From contig OZ244779.1 of assembly GCA_965219575.1 (NCBI GenBank), forward strand, positions 2,092,769 through 2,156,768: a DNA stretch of 64,000 nt. Reading direction: 5' to 3'. The notes beneath the pieces are model-generated. The model made no database searches and was not told the DNA's origin. It worked only from the letters and a program-made list of their open reading frames with translations. Source of the DNA: Candidatus Oxydemutatoraceae bacterium (GTDB lineage Bacteria > Pseudomonadota > Gammaproteobacteria > Poriferisulfidales > Oxydemutatoraceae). This document shows positions 41,301-53,550 of this stretch, piece by piece (positions within the stretch are counted from its first letter, which is position 1; every line of letters starts with the position of its first letter). Both the position numbers and the translations under genes were made by a program.

Positions 41301-41636
41301 GCCGAATTTCTGCAACACGCCTTCTCGCTGCAAGTCCATCGCACAATTCAAAGCGGTCTGCCCACCCATTGTCGGCAACAAGGCATCGGGTCTTTCTTTT
41401 TCTATAATTTTCTCCAGTGTGCGCCATTCTACAGGCTCTATATAAATCGTATCGGCAGTATCCGGGTCGGTCATAATCGTCGCCGGATTGGAATTGACCA
41501 AGACGACGCTATAGCCCTCCTCGCGCAACGCTTTGCACGCTTGCACACCGGAATAATCAAACTCGCACGCCTGCCCGATAACGATAGGCCCGGCACCGAT
41601 GATCAAGATACGGGATAAGTCCTCACGCTTGGGCAT
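38385..41636 (-). CDS. carB: Carbamoyl-phosphate synthase large subunit
   Basis: [17 protein letters not shown], two ATP-grasp halves, MGS domain. Confidence 0.98.
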   Translation of the reverse strand: MPKREDLSRILIIGAGPIVIGQACEFDYSGVQACKALREEGYSVVLVNSNPATIMTDPDTADTIYIEPVEWRTLEKIIEKERPDALLPTMGGQTALNCAMDLQREGVLQKFGVQLIGASSEAISKAEDRLLFRKAMENIGLKSARSVVVKDWQQAQAVPERLGFPIIVRPSYTLGGSGSGIARNPEEFEDIVKHGLALSPISEVLLEESLLGWKEFEIEVVRDCNDNCIVVCSIENFDPMGVHTGDSITVAPIQTLTDKEYQKMRNASIAVLREIGVDTGGSNVQFAINPEDGRMVVIEMNPRVSRSSALASKATGFPIAKVAAKLAVGYSLDELKNEITGGATPASFEPTIDYVVTKIPRFDFMKFPQISNHLTTQMKSVGEAMAIGRTFKESLQKALCSLELGYVGLASTQAPHTESAPSNDIDELVLRLHDATPNRILLIAEALRMGVGIDRLYESTKIDPWFLSQMSEIIDAEKKIKHRLFEISNRTHLHELKRQGFADAHIARLLSVDDRIVYDSRRNAKINTTYKRVDSCAAEFDTQTAYLYSCYDEECEAYPSARQKIIILGSGPNRIGQGIEFDYCCVHASFALREAGYETIMINCNPETVSTDYDTSDRLYFEPLDFEHVLNVIETEKSNGDFKGVVVQYGGQTPLNLTQSLADTGVPILGSSADTIGLAEDRKRFQEVIKQLGLRQPPNGIALTEAEALDIAATIGYPIIVRPSFVLGGRAMKIVYDEGELKHYILEATQVSKNKPVLIDRFLSDAIEVDVDAVCDGENVLLGGIMEHIEQAGVHSGDSACSIPPYSLPEAIQTELARQIKIIALALDIKGLMNAQFAIKNNQVYVIEVNPRASRTVPFVSKAIGLPLAKIAARCMVDIDLKKQGFVENGEGLYVPREVRQSAFRFAVKEAVFPFNKFIGVDPILGPEMRSTGEVMGSGRNFGEAYAKAQLAAGNTLPRGGTVLMSVRDVDKQAATEIARNLSDKGFDILATRGTRQAFNDAGIACRPVYKVIENRRPNVVDFIDDGTVNLIINTTEGRQAITDSRTIRSSAVQNRVCYTTTIAGACAIVEAMESDDYDVYSL

Positions 41637-42720
41637 TAGATTCCATGTGTCGGATAAAATTATCGAACAATGCGCTCACATCGTGGGGTCCGGGGCTCGC
41701 TTCCGGATGACCTTGAAAGCCGAATGCAGGATAATCTTTGTGGCGTATGCCCTGAATCGTGTTATCGAACAACGATAGATGACTGACTTCCAACTGCTTG
41801 GGCAGACTTGCCGCATCGATGCAAAAACCATGATTTTGGCTCGTCAGCATCACCCGCTTACTGGATAAGTCGAGCACCGGATGATTCGCCCCGTGATGCC
41901 CGAACTTCATCTTCATCGTTTGCGCACCGCTTGCCAAACCGAGCAACTGATGTCCCAGGCATATTCCGAAAATAGGCAAGCCACTCGGCAAAAGCTCGCG
42001 TATCGTATCGATTGCATAATCGCAAGGTTCGGGGTCACCCGGCCCGTTGGACAAAAAAACACCGTCGGGCTGCTGTGTCAATACCTCCGCCGCCGTTGTC
42101 TTCGCCGGCACTACCGTGATACGACAACCGCGCGCTGCCAGGTGTCTCAATATGTTACGCTTGATACCGTAATCGAATGCCACCACATGTCGCTGCGAGT
42201 CTTCGTCTGCATCCCAACGATAAGACTCTTCGGTACTCACATGTTGTGCCAAATCTTTGTCTTTCAAACCCGAGAAGTTACGCAACGCAACTTCGGCATC
42301 ATCTTGAGATACCCCCTCGTCAAACACCACTCCGTCCTGTGCACCGTGCATACGCAAATGCCGCGTGAGGCGACGAGTATCTACATCGGCTATTGCAACA
42401 ACCTTGCTGCCTACCAGATAATCGTTCAAATCCTGCTTACGCCGCCAACTGCTCGCTTGCGACGGCAAATCGCGAATAACCAGTGCTGCCGCATAAATTC
42501 CACCGGATTCCACATCGTCATCGTTGACACCCGTATTACCGATATGCGGATACGTCAATGTCACAATCTGTTGCGCATAAGACGGGTCGGTCAAAATTTC
42601 CTGATAACCGGTCATCGCCGTATTGAAAACAACCTCACCGACGGCAATACCACTAGCCCCGATAGAGATACCGTCGAAACGAGTACCGTCTCTCAACAAA
42701 AGCGTAGCAGAACTTGCCAT
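41623..42720 (-). CDS. carA: Carbamoyl-phosphate synthase small subunit
   Basis: [39 protein letters not shown]. Confidence 0.98.
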   Translation of the reverse strand: MASSATLLLRDGTRFDGISIGASGIAVGEVVFNTAMTGYQEILTDPSYAQQIVTLTYPHIGNTGVNDDDVESGGIYAAALVIRDLPSQASSWRRKQDLNDYLVGSKVVAIADVDTRRLTRHLRMHGAQDGVVFDEGVSQDDAEVALRNFSGLKDKDLAQHVSTEESYRWDADEDSQRHVVAFDYGIKRNILRHLAARGCRITVVPAKTTAAEVLTQQPDGVFLSNGPGDPEPCDYAIDTIRELLPSGLPIFGICLGHQLLGLASGAQTMKMKFGHHGANHPVLDLSSKRVMLTSQNHGFCIDAASLPKQLEVSHLSLFDNTIQGIRHKDYPAFGFQGHPEASPGPHDVSALFDNFIRHMESNAQA

Positions 42721-42851
42721 CTTGCTAAATTACTATTAGAAATTATCAATTAAATGTTTGCACTTAAAATCGGAAGCTGCGCACTGCCCTCCACCGGTAC
42801 GCCACCTGCAATGCGCCTATTATACAACCGGTTGAAAAATTGTCGTATTGA

Positions 42852-42923
42852 AATGTTTTTAACTTCTCTAGTTTATCGGAAAAACCAACTTTAATATTGC
42901 TAACAAGTTCGGGGAGAATGTCA
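42852..42923 (-). mobile_element. Isolated left-end remnant of a related IS3 element
   Basis: Minus strand TGACATTCTCCCCGAACTTG...TTTTTCCGATAAACTAGAGAAGTTAAAAACATT matches the IS left end at 33889-33960. Confidence 0.85.
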
Positions 42924-42954
42924 ATAGGTGTCGAGTACCTAAGAGAGGAGGGCA

Positions 42955-43356
42955 TCAACCCTCCTTTGCAGCCTTGTCTTTCTCTTGCGGTGTTTGTTGT
43001 TCACGACCGACCAAGCATACATAAGCCATCGGGGCATTATCTCCTTTGCGAAAGCCATGCTTGAGGATGCGTAAATAGCCGCCGGGACGTTCACGATAAT
43101 AGGGGCCGAGGTCGGTGAATAGTTTATTGACTGCCGACTTATCACGTAGTTTGGCAAAGGCACGTCTGCGTGCGGCAACATTATCGTGCTTTGCGAGCGT
43201 GATGATAGGTTCTATAACCCGTCTCAATTCTTTTGCTCGGGTGAGCGTGGTATGTATCTTTTCGTGTTCAATCAGCGATACCGACATATTTGCAAAGAGG
43301 GCTTTGCGGTGTGCCGGGGTGATATTGAGTTTTCTGCCCGAATTAAGATGTCGCAT
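42955..43356 (-). CDS. rplQ: 50S ribosomal protein L17
   Basis: [18 protein letters not shown]. Confidence 0.97.
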   Translation of the reverse strand: MRHLNSGRKLNITPAHRKALFANMSVSLIEHEKIHTTLTRAKELRRVIEPIITLAKHDNVAARRRAFAKLRDKSAVNKLFTDLGPYYRERPGGYLRILKHGFRKGDNAPMAYVCLVGREQQTPQEKDKAAKEG

Positions 43357-43368
43357 GATTTTCTCGGT

Positions 43369-44373
43369 TTAATCTCTGCCGAGGCGACCTGCCGTCCAGC
43401 TGGAAGCCAACTTAGCCGGTGGCCAATTTTCGACTTCCATACCTAAGCGCAAGCCGAAATCGGCAAGCATGTTCTTGATCTCGGTTAAAGATTTCTTACC
43501 CAGATTGGGTGTTCTCATCAAGTCCATTTCCGATCTGATTACCAAATCGCCCAGATAGTATATTTTTTCGGATTTCAGACAATTTGCCGAGCGTACGGTT
43601 AAATCAACTTCTTCGACCGGCTTCATCAACAGTTCATCGATTTCATTTTTGGTGCTTTCTTGCTCGGTGACTTCAATCTCCTCGAGATTAACGAAAACAT
43701 TCAGTTGAGAGTGTAGCGTGATCGCTGCTTGGCTGACGAGCTCTTCGGCACTCACCGTGCCGTTGGTCTCCAACTCTAATATCAGTTTATCCAAATCGGT
43801 ACGGTCGCCTACGCGTGTGCTCTCGACATTGTACGATACTTTCTTTATGGGACTGAAACTGGCATCGAGTAATAAGCTACCCACGACTTGATTCTCTTTC
43901 TTCTCTTTGCGTACGACCGCCGGTTGGTAGCCTCGTCCTTTTTCAATCCACAGATCCATTTCCAGTTCACCTTTATCGCTCAGATGTGCGATAACATGGT
44001 TTTTGTTGGCGATTTCAACCGTTTCTTCGATTTGTATATCGGCACCGGTAACCACCCCTTTACCTTTTTTATGCACGCGTACCATCGTTGCGTCTTTCTC
44101 GTATAGTCTAATCGCCAATCCCTTCAGATTGAGGAGTATATCTACGACATCCTCCTGCACGCCTTCGAGCGTCGAATATTCATGCAACACATTGGCAATT
44201 TTTGCTTCTACAACGGCAGCACCGGTCATTGCCGAAAATAAAACGCGACGCATCGCATTACCCAGAGTATGCCCGAAACCGCGCTCCAACGGCTGTATGG
44301 CAACGCGTATGTGATCATCGGAAAATCTCTGTATTTCAACCGAACCCGGTCTTAATAAATTGGTATAGCTCAA
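43369..44373 (-). CDS. rpoA: RNA polymerase alpha subunit
   Basis: [38 protein letters not shown]. Confidence 0.98.
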   Translation of the reverse strand: MSYTNLLRPGSVEIQRFSDDHIRVAIQPLERGFGHTLGNAMRRVLFSAMTGAAVVEAKIANVLHEYSTLEGVQEDVVDILLNLKGLAIRLYEKDATMVRVHKKGKGVVTGADIQIEETVEIANKNHVIAHLSDKGELEMDLWIEKGRGYQPAVVRKEKKENQVVGSLLLDASFSPIKKVSYNVESTRVGDRTDLDKLILELETNGTVSAEELVSQAAITLHSQLNVFVNLEEIEVTEQESTKNEIDELLMKPVEEVDLTVRSANCLKSEKIYYLGDLVIRSEMDLMRTPNLGKKSLTEIKNMLADFGLRLGMEVENWPPAKLASSWTAGRLGRD

Positions 44374-44395
44374 GTTTGCCTCCTGATAATTTAGT

Positions 44396-45016
44396 TTATT
44401 TGGAGTACAGCTCTACTACGAGCGACTCGTTAATTTCTTTGGGTAAATCGGAACGTTGCGGATAAGATTTGAATATCGCTTCGAAGGCTTTGGTATCAAC
44501 CGTAATCCATTCTACAAAACCGAGTTGCTCGGCAATATCTATCGCGTCTTTGATCCTAAGCTGTTCTTTTGCCTTATCGGTAATCGCAATCTTATCGGAC
44601 GGTTTAACCTGATACGAAGGTATATTGACTACGATGTCGTTGACCATAACCGCTTTATGACTCACCAGTTGACGGCACTCCGCCCGTGTAGAACCGAATC
44701 CCGAACGGTATACCACGTTATCCAATCTACCCTCGAGTAAACGTAATAAATTCTCGCCGGTAGAACCTCTTTCTTTAGCGGCTTTCTTGTAGTAATTTCT
44801 GAATTGTCTCTCCAGCACACCGTAAATGCGACGCAACTTTTGTTTTTCTCTTAGCTGTATACCGTAATCGGTTTGTCTCGGACGTCTCTCCAGTTGTGGC
44901 CCGGGCGGTCTGGACATATTGCATTTCTTGTCTAAAGAGCGACCGCGGCCTTTTAACATCAAGTCCGTACCCTCGCGTTTGCTGAGTTTGCATGTAGGGC
45001 CTAAATAGCGTGCCAT
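44396..45016 (-). CDS. rpsD: 30S ribosomal protein S4
   Basis: [27 protein letters not shown]. Confidence 0.98.
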   Translation of the reverse strand: MARYLGPTCKLSKREGTDLMLKGRGRSLDKKCNMSRPPGPQLERRPRQTDYGIQLREKQKLRRIYGVLERQFRNYYKKAAKERGSTGENLLRLLEGRLDNVVYRSGFGSTRAECRQLVSHKAVMVNDIVVNIPSYQVKPSDKIAITDKAKEQLRIKDAIDIAEQLGFVEWITVDTKAFEAIFKSYPQRSDLPKEINESLVVELYSK

Positions 45017-45029
45017 CGTTTTAGTCTCC

Positions 45030-45425
45030 TCAAATCCTACGTTTCTTAGGCGGTCTGCAGCCGTTGTGCGGAAGCGGTGTCACATCGGTAATGCTGAGAA
45101 TACTAAAACCGACTGCGTGCAATGCGCGTATAGCCGACTCTCGGCCGGGACCGGGACCTCTGACTCGTACTGTGACACTCTTGACACCGTATGGCCGTGC
45201 TCGCTCCGCCGCCTGAGTTGCCGCAATCTGTGCGGCAAACGGCGTGCTTTTACGCGAGCCTTTGAATCCTGCGGCACCGGCACTAGACCAGCACAAGGTA
45301 TCGCCTTCGGGGTCGGAAATGGTAACAATCGTATTGTTGAAAGAAGAGTTAATGTGCGCTATCGCCTCGGGTACTTCCTTCTTTACTTTCTTACGTGTTC
45401 TGGTTTTAGTCTTTGCTTTTGCCAT
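45030..45425 (-). CDS. rpsK: 30S ribosomal protein S11
   Basis: [28 protein letters not shown]. Confidence 0.98.
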   Translation of the reverse strand: MAKAKTKTRTRKKVKKEVPEAIAHINSSFNNTIVTISDPEGDTLCWSSAGAAGFKGSRKSTPFAAQIAATQAAERARPYGVKSVTVRVRGPGPGRESAIRALHAVGFSILSITDVTPLPHNGCRPPKKRRI

Positions 45426-45434
45426 CGTGTCGTT

Positions 45435-45791
45435 TTACTTCTTCATTTGTCGTCTGGGTCCTTTGCGGGTACGCGCATTGGTTTTGGTGCGCTGACCGCG
45501 TACCGGCAACCCGCGTCTGTGTCGTATGCCTCTATAACATCCCAAGTCTCTAAGTCGCTTGATATTGAGGCTGATGTCGCGGCGCAAATCGCCTTCTATC
45601 GTGTAATTCGTAACTTCCTGACGCAATTTATCCAAGTCGCTATCGGACAGCTCTTTGATCTTGCGGCTGGGTTTGATCTTCGTATTCGCACAAATTTCGC
45701 GTGCGCGGGTTCTGCCGATACCGAATATGGCGGTCAAGGCAATCTCGGCGTGCTTATTATCGGGTACATTAACTCCTGCTATACGTGCCAT
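45435..45791 (-). CDS. rpsM: 30S ribosomal protein S13
   Basis: [25 protein letters not shown]. Confidence 0.98.
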   Translation of the reverse strand: MARIAGVNVPDNKHAEIALTAIFGIGRTRAREICANTKIKPSRKIKELSDSDLDKLRQEVTNYTIEGDLRRDISLNIKRLRDLGCYRGIRHRRGLPVRGQRTKTNARTRKGPRRQMKK

Positions 45792-45869
45792 ACTCTAAAA
45801 ATTTTCCGCTTTAGTTGTTGAAAAAAACGCATTATTATAAACGGCTTAGGGCTGTTTGACCAGCTTTAT

Positions 45870-45983
45870 TTAGCCTTGCCGTTGCTTATGGCGAGGATCT
45901 TTGCATATCACCCGCAATACGCCTTTCCGGCGTAATAACTTGCAGTGGCGACATATTTTCTTAACCGACGCACCTACTTTCAT
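45870..45983 (-). CDS. rpmJ: 50S ribosomal protein L36 (Zn-binding form; too short for the ORF track)
   Basis: Hand translation [37 protein letters not shown]; GGAGG RBS. Confidence 0.95.
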   Translation of the reverse strand: MKVGASVKKICRHCKLLRRKGVLRVICKDPRHKQRQG

Positions 45984-45993
45984 AATACCTCCG

Positions 45994-47331
45994 TCATACT
46001 AATCTACGGCTTGCGCCGCGGCGCTGTTTCAGGTTTGCTTTCTTAAGCAAACCCTCGTATTGATGAGACATTAGGTGGGTCTGTAATTGCCCCATAAAAT
46101 CCATAATAACAACAACAATAATCAACAAAGATGTGCCACCGAAATAAAACGGCACATTCCACGATAAAATCAAAAACTCGGGCAATAAACAAACTAAGGT
46201 GATGTAAATAGCTCCCATCACCGTAAGACGACTGAGTATATTATCTATATAGCTTGCGGTTTGCTCGCCGGGGCGTATGCCCGGAATGAATGCACCGCCT
46301 CGCTTTAAGTTATCCGCCGTTTCTCTGGCATCAAACACGATTGCGGTATAGAAAAAACAAAAGAACATAATCGCAAAAGCATAAAAAGCGATGTAGAGCG
46401 GCTGACCGGGTGCCATCGCATTGGATATTTCCGATAGCCATCCCATCCCCTCGGCGCGACCGAACCATTGACCTAGGGTTGCAGGAAACAAAATAATACT
46501 CGAAGCAAATATCGGCGGAATGACGCCTGCCATATTGAGCTTGAGCGGTAGATGGCTCGACGGCGCGGAGAATAGCCTTTGTCCGCGTTGCTGCCTTGCA
46601 TAGTTGATCGTGACTCGTCGTTGTCCTTTCTCGGCAAATACCACAAAAGCGGTCACCGCAATCGCCAAGAATAAAATTAGCATAACCAAAGGCGGAGCCA
46701 GTTCGCCGGTGTTGGCCAACTCCAGAGTGCCGCCGAACGCAGCGGGTAGACCGGCGACGATGCCGGCGAAGATCAATATAGAGATGCCGTTGCCTATTCC
46801 TCTCTCGTTAATCTGCTCTCCCAGCCACATCAAAAACATCGTCCCGGTAACCAAAGAAATAGCAACCACTGCAATAAAACCGAAGCCGGTAATATAAGAT
46901 ACATTTTGACTTTGTAGGGCGATAGCAACACCGATTGCTTGAAAAGTCGCAAGTACGACCGTACCGTAGCGAGTATATTTGGTAATGGTACGGCGACCTT
47001 GCTCGCCTTCCTTCTTAAGTTCTTTGAGATAGGGTATGATTGCCGACATCAGCTGCATAATAATCGCCGAAGAGATATAAGGCATCACGCCCAACGCGAA
47101 CAAACTCAACCTTTCCAACGCACCGCCGGAAAACATGTTGAACATCGCCAAGATAGTGCCGCTTTGTTGCTCGAAAAACTGTGCCATTTGAACGGGGTCT
47201 ATACCCGGCACCGGAATAAAACTGCCCAAGCGAAAAATCACCAGAGCGAGTAGTACGAAACCGATCCGTCTCTTGAGCTCGCCGTACTTGCTGCCCGCAA
47301 TGTTTGCCATTTGTGCCGTTGCCGCAACCAT
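45994..47331 (-). CDS. secY: Preprotein translocase SecY
   Basis: [43 protein letters not shown]. Confidence 0.98.
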   Translation of the reverse strand: MVAATAQMANIAGSKYGELKRRIGFVLLALVIFRLGSFIPVPGIDPVQMAQFFEQQSGTILAMFNMFSGGALERLSLFALGVMPYISSAIIMQLMSAIIPYLKELKKEGEQGRRTITKYTRYGTVVLATFQAIGVAIALQSQNVSYITGFGFIAVVAISLVTGTMFLMWLGEQINERGIGNGISILIFAGIVAGLPAAFGGTLELANTGELAPPLVMLILFLAIAVTAFVVFAEKGQRRVTINYARQQRGQRLFSAPSSHLPLKLNMAGVIPPIFASSIILFPATLGQWFGRAEGMGWLSEISNAMAPGQPLYIAFYAFAIMFFCFFYTAIVFDARETADNLKRGGAFIPGIRPGEQTASYIDNILSRLTVMGAIYITLVCLLPEFLILSWNVPFYFGGTSLLIIVVVIMDFMGQLQTHLMSHQYEGLLKKANLKQRRGASRRLV

Positions 47332-47332
47332 C

Positions 47333-47776
47333 TTATTCCACCTCCCCGCCGAGCGACTCTATTTGCGCCCGCGCGCCTTTGCTGAGCTTCACACCTTTGA
47401 CGATCAAAGCCTTTTCTAAATTGCCCGAGACGATTATTTTCGCTTTTTCGGTTTGCTTAGAAATAATCTTTGCTTCTTGCAATGCTTTTATATCGCATAT
47501 ATCGCCCGATAATTTATTCAACTCGTGTAGTTTTACTTCGGCACATGCTACAACTTTGGAGGAGAAGCCGATTTTCGGCAATCGTCGCTGCAAAGGCATT
47601 TGCCCACCTTCGAAACCGACCTTGTGATAACCGCCGGAGCGAGACTTCTGACCTTTGTAGCCCCGTCCGCATGTTGTTCCGAAACCCGAACCGTTGCCGC
47701 GTCCGACCCGCTTGCGCGCAGTTTTTTGTCGACTTCCCTTGATCGTATTCAAGGTTAGGGATGTATGTTCAGACAT
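47333..47776 (-). CDS. rplO: 50S ribosomal protein L15
   Basis: [23 protein letters not shown]. Confidence 0.97.
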   Translation of the reverse strand: MSEHTSLTLNTIKGSRQKTARKRVGRGNGSGFGTTCGRGYKGQKSRSGGYHKVGFEGGQMPLQRRLPKIGFSSKVVACAEVKLHELNKLSGDICDIKALQEAKIISKQTEKAKIIVSGNLEKALIVKGVKLSKGARAQIESLGGEVE

Positions 47777-47957
47777 TTTCTTCCACCTGTAGTAAATAAT
47801 TAATCTTGTCGATCATGCCACGATTTTCCGGTGTATCTACCACCCACACCGGATTATGCATGCGCCTGATGCCCAGACCTTGCGCACACGCTTTGTGTTT
47901 TTTCAAGCGTCCGTTCAAGCTCTTGACCAGAGTCAATTTGATTCGTTTCTCGCTCAT
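47769..47957 (-). CDS. rpmD: 50S ribosomal protein L30
   Basis: [16 protein letters not shown]; position in spc operon. Confidence 0.95.
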   Translation of the reverse strand: MSEKRIKLTLVKSLNGRLKKHKACAQGLGIRRMHNPVWVVDTPENRGMIDKINYLLQVEENV

Positions 47958-48460
47958 GGCAATATATCCTTGACATTGAGACCTCGTTTTGCAGCGATGT
48001 CTTGCGGCGAGTGGATGTTTTGTAGGCCGTTTAGCGTCGCCTTGACGATGTTGATAGGGTTTCTAGACCCTATGCACTTGGCGAGTACATTTTGTACGCC
48101 TACAACTTCGAACACTGCGCGCATCGCGCCACCGGCGATGATGCCGGTACCTTCGGATGCCGGCGACAGATAGACTTTGGCAGCCCCGTACTTTCCTACG
48201 ATAGGATAATACAGCGTGTTCTTGTTCAAAGAGACCTCTATCATTTCTCGGCGTGCGCCTTCCATCGCTTTATGAATCGCCGTCGGTACTTCTTTGGCTT
48301 TGCCGTAGCCTATGCCGATTTTACCGGCACCGTTGCCGACGACGGTTAGCGCGGTAAAACCGAATTGCCTGCCGCCTTTGATGACTTTGGCGACGCGGTT
48401 TACCGCAACGAGTTTTTCCAGCAAGCCGTCGGTTGATTCGGCTATTTCTATATTGGACAT
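47954..48460 (-). CDS. rpsE: 30S ribosomal protein S5
   Basis: [20 protein letters not shown]. Confidence 0.97.
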   Translation of the reverse strand: MSNIEIAESTDGLLEKLVAVNRVAKVIKGGRQFGFTALTVVGNGAGKIGIGYGKAKEVPTAIHKAMEGARREMIEVSLNKNTLYYPIVGKYGAAKVYLSPASEGTGIIAGGAMRAVFEVVGVQNVLAKCIGSRNPINIVKATLNGLQNIHSPQDIAAKRGLNVKDILP

Positions 48461-48462
48461 CT

Positions 48463-48813
48463 CTAAAATTCCATGCCGTTTTCGCGCATCGCATCGGCTA
48501 AAGACCGAATACGCCCATGATACTTAAAGCCCGATCGATCGAAAGCGATACGCGTGATACCGCGTTCTTTGGCTTTGGCAGCCATCATCTCACCGACTTT
48601 GCTCGCAGCCGCTTTTTTATCACCACTATCGATAAAAGACTTGCCGACGGTAGAAGCCGAAGCCAAGGTCTTGCCGCTCGGTTCAATCAACTGCGCATAA
48701 ATATGCTGCGAGGTTTTATGGATACATACACGATATGTATCTTTGAGACGCGCAATTTTCGCACGTGTTCTGCTTACACGTTTGACGGACGATGCGGTGT
48801 GTTTAGCTCTCAT
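48463..48813 (-). CDS. rplR: 50S ribosomal protein L18
   Basis: [16 protein letters not shown]. Confidence 0.96.
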   Translation of the reverse strand: MRAKHTASSVKRVSRTRAKIARLKDTYRVCIHKTSQHIYAQLIEPSGKTLASASTVGKSFIDSGDKKAAASKVGEMMAAKAKERGITRIAFDRSGFKYHGRIRSLADAMRENGMEF

Positions 48814-48822
48814 TTATAAATC

Positions 48823-49350
48823 CTATTTCTTCTTAGCTTCTTTTCTGGTTATTTGTTCGCCGGCATAGCGCAAGCCTTTACCCTTGTAGGGTTCGGGGGG
48901 ACGAAAGGCGCGGATTTCCGTCGCAACTTGTCCTACTTTCTGCTTGTCTATGCCTTTGACTACGATTTCGGTGGCACTCGGTGTCTCTACCGTAACACCG
49001 TCGATTACTCGATAATCTACGGGATGTGAAAAACCTATTTGCAAATTCAATTCGTTATTGCCTTTAGCTTGCGCTCTATACCCTACTCCGACTAGTTCGA
49101 GCTTACGTTCAAAACCTTCCGCCACACCTTGGAGTAAGTTGTTCGTCAAGGCGTGCATCGTTCCGGCGAGTGCTTTGCCGTCGCGCTCGGCATTGAACAT
49201 TATACCTTCGTCCTTCAATTCAAATCGAACCATTTCGTGTATCTCTAAAGTATTTTCACCTTTTTTGCCCTTGGCGTGTATTTTTTGTCCCTCTATTTTA
49301 ACTTCTACACCCTCGGGCACGGCGACCGGTTTTTTAATCAATCTAGACAT
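48823..49350 (-). CDS. rplF: 50S ribosomal protein L6
   Basis: Start MSRLIKKPV at 49350; GVGYRA, RPPEPYKGKG. Confidence 0.97.
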   Translation of the reverse strand: MSRLIKKPVAVPEGVEVKIEGQKIHAKGKKGENTLEIHEMVRFELKDEGIMFNAERDGKALAGTMHALTNNLLQGVAEGFERKLELVGVGYRAQAKGNNELNLQIGFSHPVDYRVIDGVTVETPSATEIVVKGIDKQKVGQVATEIRAFRPPEPYKGKGLRYAGEQITRKEAKKK

Positions 49351-49351
49351 C

Positions 49352-49750
49352 TTATTCCACCACGCATAAAATTTCACCACCGCATTTGATCGCTTTTGCT
49401 TTCTTGCCGCTGATCACGCCTTTGGAAGTAGAACAAATAACCGTCCCCATACCTCCCATTATTCTAGGAAAGTCGTCCACTCGTCTATAAAGCCTAAGCC
49501 CCGGACGGCTGAAGCGCCGTATCTTCGATATGACCGGTTTGCCTTTATAGTACTTAAGTTCTATCGTTAATTCCTTTTTATCGATAGCTTGAGTATCTTC
49601 TCGATACCCCTTGATATAGCCTTCTTCGCGTAACACCTCGGCGATAGCACATTTCAATTTGGAGCTCGGCATACTCACCGTTGCTTTGGTTCTCGCCTGT
49701 GCGTTCCTGATGCGGCTCAGCATATCGGCAACCGGATCACTCATACTCAT
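49352..49750 (-). CDS. rpsH: 30S ribosomal protein S8
   Basis: DPVADMLSRIRN, SRPGLR, STSKG. Confidence 0.97.
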   Translation of the reverse strand: MSMSDPVADMLSRIRNAQARTKATVSMPSSKLKCAIAEVLREEGYIKGYREDTQAIDKKELTIELKYYKGKPVISKIRRFSRPGLRLYRRVDDFPRIMGGMGTVICSTSKGVISGKKAKAIKCGGEILCVVE

Positions 49751-49768
49751 TGCATCAACCTCGCTATA

Positions 49769-50074
49769 TCACCAACTGGATTTCATTAAACCGGGTATAT
49801 AACCCAGCATTGCATACTCGCGCAGTTTGTTACGCCCCAAACCGAATTTGCGATAGTAGCCCTTGGGACGTCCGGTAATACGGCACCGGTTGCGCATTCT
49901 CGACGGACTCGAGTTGCGCGGCAATCTCTGCATTGCAATAATCGCACCGGCTTTCTCGTCCGCAGGCGTATGCGGACTTTTAATCTTTTGCCGCAATGCG
50001 TCGCGGCGCGCTTTATATTTCTCGACCGTCAACCTACGCTTCTTTTCTCGCTCTATCATACATACTTTAGCCAT
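49769..50074 (-). CDS. rpsN: 30S ribosomal protein S14 (long form)
   Basis: [18 protein letters not shown]. Confidence 0.97.
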   Translation of the reverse strand: MAKVCMIEREKKRRLTVEKYKARRDALRQKIKSPHTPADEKAGAIIAMQRLPRNSSPSRMRNRCRITGRPKGYYRKFGLGRNKLREYAMLGYIPGLMKSSW

Positions 50075-50079
50075 TGCTT

Positions 50080-50622
50080 TTAATCCTTAAACGGGAAATT
50101 GAATGCCGAGAGCAGATGCTTGGCTTCCTCGTCGGTACCGGCACTCGTCGTAATCGCGATATCCAAACCGCTAATTTTGCTGATTTTGTCAAAATCAATC
50201 TCGGGAAAAATAATCTGCTCTTTAATCCCCATATTGAAGTTGCCTCGCCCGTCAAAAGACTTGGATCCGAACCCTCTAAAATCCCTGATTCTGGGGATTG
50301 CGATATTAACCAAACGCTCAAAAAAGTCATACATCATGTTGCGACGCAAGGTAACCATGCAACCTATAGGCCACCCTTCGCGTATGCCGAAACCGGCAAT
50401 AGCCTTGCGCGCATTCGTCACCACCGGACGTTGTCCGGCGATCAACGCCATTTCTTCCTGTGCGACTTTGAGGTTATTCTTATCTTTAGCCGAATCACCC
50501 AAACCCATATTCAAAGTGATTTTGACCAATCGGGGTACCGCCATAAGGTTTGTGTATCCCGGGGCATCCATCAACTGTTTAACAACCGTTTCTTTATAAA
50601 ACTCAGCCATGCTCGACATCAA
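50080..50622 (-). CDS. rplE: 50S ribosomal protein L5
   Basis: [29 protein letters not shown]. Confidence 0.97.
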   Translation of the reverse strand: MMSSMAEFYKETVVKQLMDAPGYTNLMAVPRLVKITLNMGLGDSAKDKNNLKVAQEEMALIAGQRPVVTNARKAIAGFGIREGWPIGCMVTLRRNMMYDFFERLVNIAIPRIRDFRGFGSKSFDGRGNFNMGIKEQIIFPEIDFDKISKISGLDIAITTSAGTDEEAKHLLSAFNFPFKD

Positions 50623-50936
50623 TCTATCTCCTGATCGCTACGCTTAAAGTAGCGCACTTTCTTGCCGTCTTCTTTGATTTTGAAACCGACACGCTCACCT
50701 TTATCGGTTTTTGCATTGTACAGCATTACATTGGATATATGCAAAGGGCTTTCTCTCTCAACGATGCCGCCTTGCTCGCCTTTATCGGGATTCGGACGCA
50801 CCATTTTCTTGACGATGTTGACATTTTCCACCAACACCGTATCGTCCGCAGACATGATGCGTAATACTCTTCCTTGCTGACCTTTACTTCTGCCGGAAAT
50901 CACGGTCACTTGATCTCCTTTGCGTATTTTTTTCAT
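50619..50936 (-). CDS. rplX: 50S ribosomal protein L24
   Basis: KOW motif [17 protein letters not shown]. Confidence 0.97.
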   Translation of the reverse strand: MKKIRKGDQVTVISGRSKGQQGRVLRIMSADDTVLVENVNIVKKMVRPNPDKGEQGGIVERESPLHISNVMLYNAKTDKGERVGFKIKEDGKKVRYFKRSDQEID

Positions 50937-50945
50937 TTCCTATAC

Positions 50946-51314
50946 TCACAAAACTTCCGGTGCCAAAGAAATAATCTTCATAAATTTTTCGGTGCGCAGT
51001 TCTCGGGTCACCGGTCCGAATATACGCGTGCCTATGAGCTGCAACTGATTATCCAAAAGTACTGCTGCGTTGGTATCGAAGCGCACCAAAGAGCCGTCGC
51101 CGCGCCGCACACCTTTGCGGGTGCGCACTATAACCGCGCTATAAACTTCGCCTTTTTTGACTCGGCCGCGTGGAATCGCTTCCTTTACACTCACCTTGAC
51201 CACATCACCCACATGCGCATATCGGCGACGCGATCCTCCCAGTACTTTGATGCATTGTAACTTCCTCGCACCACTATTATCGGCTACTTTCAGAAAAGTC
51301 TCAACTTGTATCAT
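50946..51314 (-). CDS. rplN: 50S ribosomal protein L14
   Basis: Start [16 protein letters not shown] at 51314; [15 protein letters not shown]. Confidence 0.98.
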   Translation of the reverse strand: MIQVETFLKVADNSGARKLQCIKVLGGSRRRYAHVGDVVKVSVKEAIPRGRVKKGEVYSAVIVRTRKGVRRGDGSLVRFDTNAAVLLDNQLQLIGTRIFGPVTRELRTEKFMKIISLAPEVL

Positions 51315-51610
51315 GCTTTGGCCTCCGCACCTTGCTCCGGCAAGGTTTCGGTTGACCCGCGTTGCAGAATCTCTACGAGGCGCCACGCTTTGGTTTTAGA
51401 TTTACGCGGGCATGCGGTGATTTTAACCAAATCACCGACCTGTCCTTCGTTGGCTTCGTCGTGTACGTGAAACTTGCTCGATCGGGTAATATACTTTCCG
51501 TAGGTCGGGTGACGCAACTGGCGCTCAATCATCACAATTAACGTCTTGTCGGAACTTTTTTTGACGATGTTACAAATTATAAAACGTTCTTTTTTCTGTT
51601 CGCCGCTCAC
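51311..51610 (-). CDS. rpsQ: 30S ribosomal protein S17
   Basis: DKT, HPTYGK, HDE.N, SKTKAW. Confidence 0.95.
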   Translation of the reverse strand: MSGEQKKERFIICNIVKKSSDKTLIVMIERQLRHPTYGKYITRSSKFHVHDEANEGQVGDLVKITACPRKSKTKAWRLVEILQRGSTETLPEQGAEAKA

Positions 51611-51807
51611 GACTGCTCCCTCTCTTTTTGCCTCAGCAAGGTCTTGATGCGCGCGATATCGCGCCTATAACTCTTAAAGCGGCTACACTGGGCACTGCTA
51701 CGGTCGCGTCCTTGCAGTTCCAACTTGAGCTTTTTCTCTACAAGTTCTCTTAAATCCACTTGCAGATCTTCCGGAGTCTTGTTGAGTAATTTAGAGTATT
51801 TCATCAC
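51607..51807 (-). CDS. rpmC: 50S ribosomal protein L29
   Basis: RRDIARIKT; position between rplP and rpsQ. Confidence 0.92.
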   Translation of the reverse strand: MMKYSKLLNKTPEDLQVDLRELVEKKLKLELQGRDRSSAQCSRFKSYRRDIARIKTLLRQKEREQS

Positions 51808-52217
51808 ATAATCACCCGACTGATAAAAGTGGTGCGTATAGGTAGCTTGGATCCTGCCAGCTTAAAGGCTTCGCGTGCGGTATCTTCCGGAACACCCTCT
51901 ATTTCATAGAGCATCTTGCCGGGCTTGATGAGTGCCACCCAGTATTCGACATTTCCTTTACCTTTACCTTGTCTTACCTCTAAAGGCTTTTTGGTGATCG
52001 GTTTGTCGGGAAATATACGAATCCAGATCTTGCCTCTACGTTTTACATAGCGCGTCATCGCTCGACGCGCAGCTTCTATTTGCCGCGACGTGATGCGGCC
52101 ACGGGTGGTCGCTTTCAGCCCGAATTCACCGAAGCTGACCTTGTTGCCGTTGACTGCCAAGCCTCTGTTGCGGCCTTTTTGCTGTTTCCTATATTTGGTT
52201 TTATTCGGTTGTAACAT
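51804..52217 (-). CDS. rplP: 50S ribosomal protein L16
   Basis: [24 protein letters not shown]. Confidence 0.98.
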   Translation of the reverse strand: MLQPNKTKYRKQQKGRNRGLAVNGNKVSFGEFGLKATTRGRITSRQIEAARRAMTRYVKRRGKIWIRIFPDKPITKKPLEVRQGKGKGNVEYWVALIKPGKMLYEIEGVPEDTAREAFKLAGSKLPIRTTFISRVIM

Positions 52218-52239
52218 TTCTCTTTACGGCTCAAACCGG

Positions 52240-52908
52240 TCAACCGGCTACGCCTATCTCCGTATCTTTTTGGTCGCTAAAATTGCCTTTATAGATCCAG
52301 ACCTTGACACCTATAATCCCGTATGTGGTTTTAGCTTCGGCAAGTCCGTAGTCTATATTGGCGTCGAGGGTGTGCAGGGGGATGCGTCCATCCTTGGACC
52401 ATTCGGAACGAGCGATTTCGGCACCGTTCAAACGTCCGGATACGCAAATCTTGATGCCCAGAGCACCCAAACGCATCGTGTTTTGCACCGCACGTTTCAT
52501 CGCACGACGAAACATGATGCGTCGTTCCAACTGCAGTGCGATACTCGAAGCAACCAATGTTGCGTCGGTTTCCGGTTTACGTATCTCCTCTATGCTGATC
52601 TGCACATTATTGACCGAAATACCGTTGATGCCGGCGATTTCGTGGCGTAAAGCCTCTATGTCTCCGCCTTTTTTACCGATTACGATGCCCGGGCGCGCCG
52701 TGTGTATGGCAATATGCACGGCCTTATCGGTGCGTTCTATCGTGACCCGGCTTACCGAGGCGTGAGCGAGTTTTTTCATCAAATAACTGCGTATTTTTAT
52801 ATCGTTATGCAAGGTCTCGCAATACTCGTTGCGAGAAACCAACCACTTTGATTCCCAATCCATTACGATGCCCACTCTAAAACCGGTGGGGTGTACTTTT
52901 TGTCCCAT
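52240..52908 (-). CDS. rpsC: 30S ribosomal protein S3
   Basis: [29 protein letters not shown]. Confidence 0.98.
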   Translation of the reverse strand: MGQKVHPTGFRVGIVMDWESKWLVSRNEYCETLHNDIKIRSYLMKKLAHASVSRVTIERTDKAVHIAIHTARPGIVIGKKGGDIEALRHEIAGINGISVNNVQISIEEIRKPETDATLVASSIALQLERRIMFRRAMKRAVQNTMRLGALGIKICVSGRLNGAEIARSEWSKDGRIPLHTLDANIDYGLAEAKTTYGIIGVKVWIYKGNFSDQKDTEIGVAG

Positions 52909-52921
52909 AAACTATACTTCC

Positions 52922-53254
52922 TTATTTATCACTCAATGTAATACTAATATGACTCGTTCTCTTTTTAATCGCCGAGGCGCGCCCTCTGGCGCGTGCTCTA
53001 AAGCGGTTTAATGTTGCCCCTTGATCCACTCGTATCGTGCGCACTTTGAGTTCGTCTATATCGGCACCTTCGTTATTCTCGGCGTTGGCAATCGCCGACT
53101 CCAGCAGTTTCAAAACCAAGCCCGCCGACTTGGTTCGGCTAAATCGTAAATTTTCAAGCGCGCGTTCAACCGACAGCCCGCGTAGCCGATCGGCGACCAA
53201 TCTGCATTTTTGCGGCGATATTCTACACCTTTTTAAGGTTGCCGAAACTTCCAT
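52922..53254 (-). CDS. rplV: 50S ribosomal protein L22
   Basis: Start MEVSATL at 53254; [20 protein letters not shown]. Confidence 0.96.
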   Translation of the reverse strand: MEVSATLKRCRISPQKCRLVADRLRGLSVERALENLRFSRTKSAGLVLKLLESAIANAENNEGADIDELKVRTIRVDQGATLNRFRARARGRASAIKKRTSHISITLSDK

Positions 53255-53264
53255 CACACGCGCC

Positions 53265-53537
53265 TCAACGAGCCTTCCGGTCGCCCGAATGTTCCTTAAA
53301 AGTGCGCGTCGGGGCGAATTCACCCAGTTTGTGTCCGACCATGTGCTCGGAGATATAAATCGGTACGTGCGCACGCCCGTTGTGTACCGAAATATTCAAA
53401 CCGACCATTTCCGGCACTACCATAGACCGCCTAGACCATGTTTTAATCGGACGTTTGTCTCGGGCTTCGGCTGCTTTTCTAACCTTTTTCATCAAATGTT
53501 CGTCGACAAAAGGACCTTTTTTTATAGAGCGCGGCAT
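53265..53537 (-). CDS. rpsS: 30S ribosomal protein S19
   Basis: [23 protein letters not shown]. Confidence 0.98.
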   Translation of the reverse strand: MPRSIKKGPFVDEHLMKKVRKAAEARDKRPIKTWSRRSMVVPEMVGLNISVHNGRAHVPIYISEHMVGHKLGEFAPTRTFKEHSGDRKAR

Positions 53538-53550
53538 AGTCTTAATCTTC

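Noticed and set aside
41881-42753. Long antisense ORFs over carA, rplE, rpsK/M, tuf and others
   Set aside because: Shadow frames of conserved genes with no recognisable motifs
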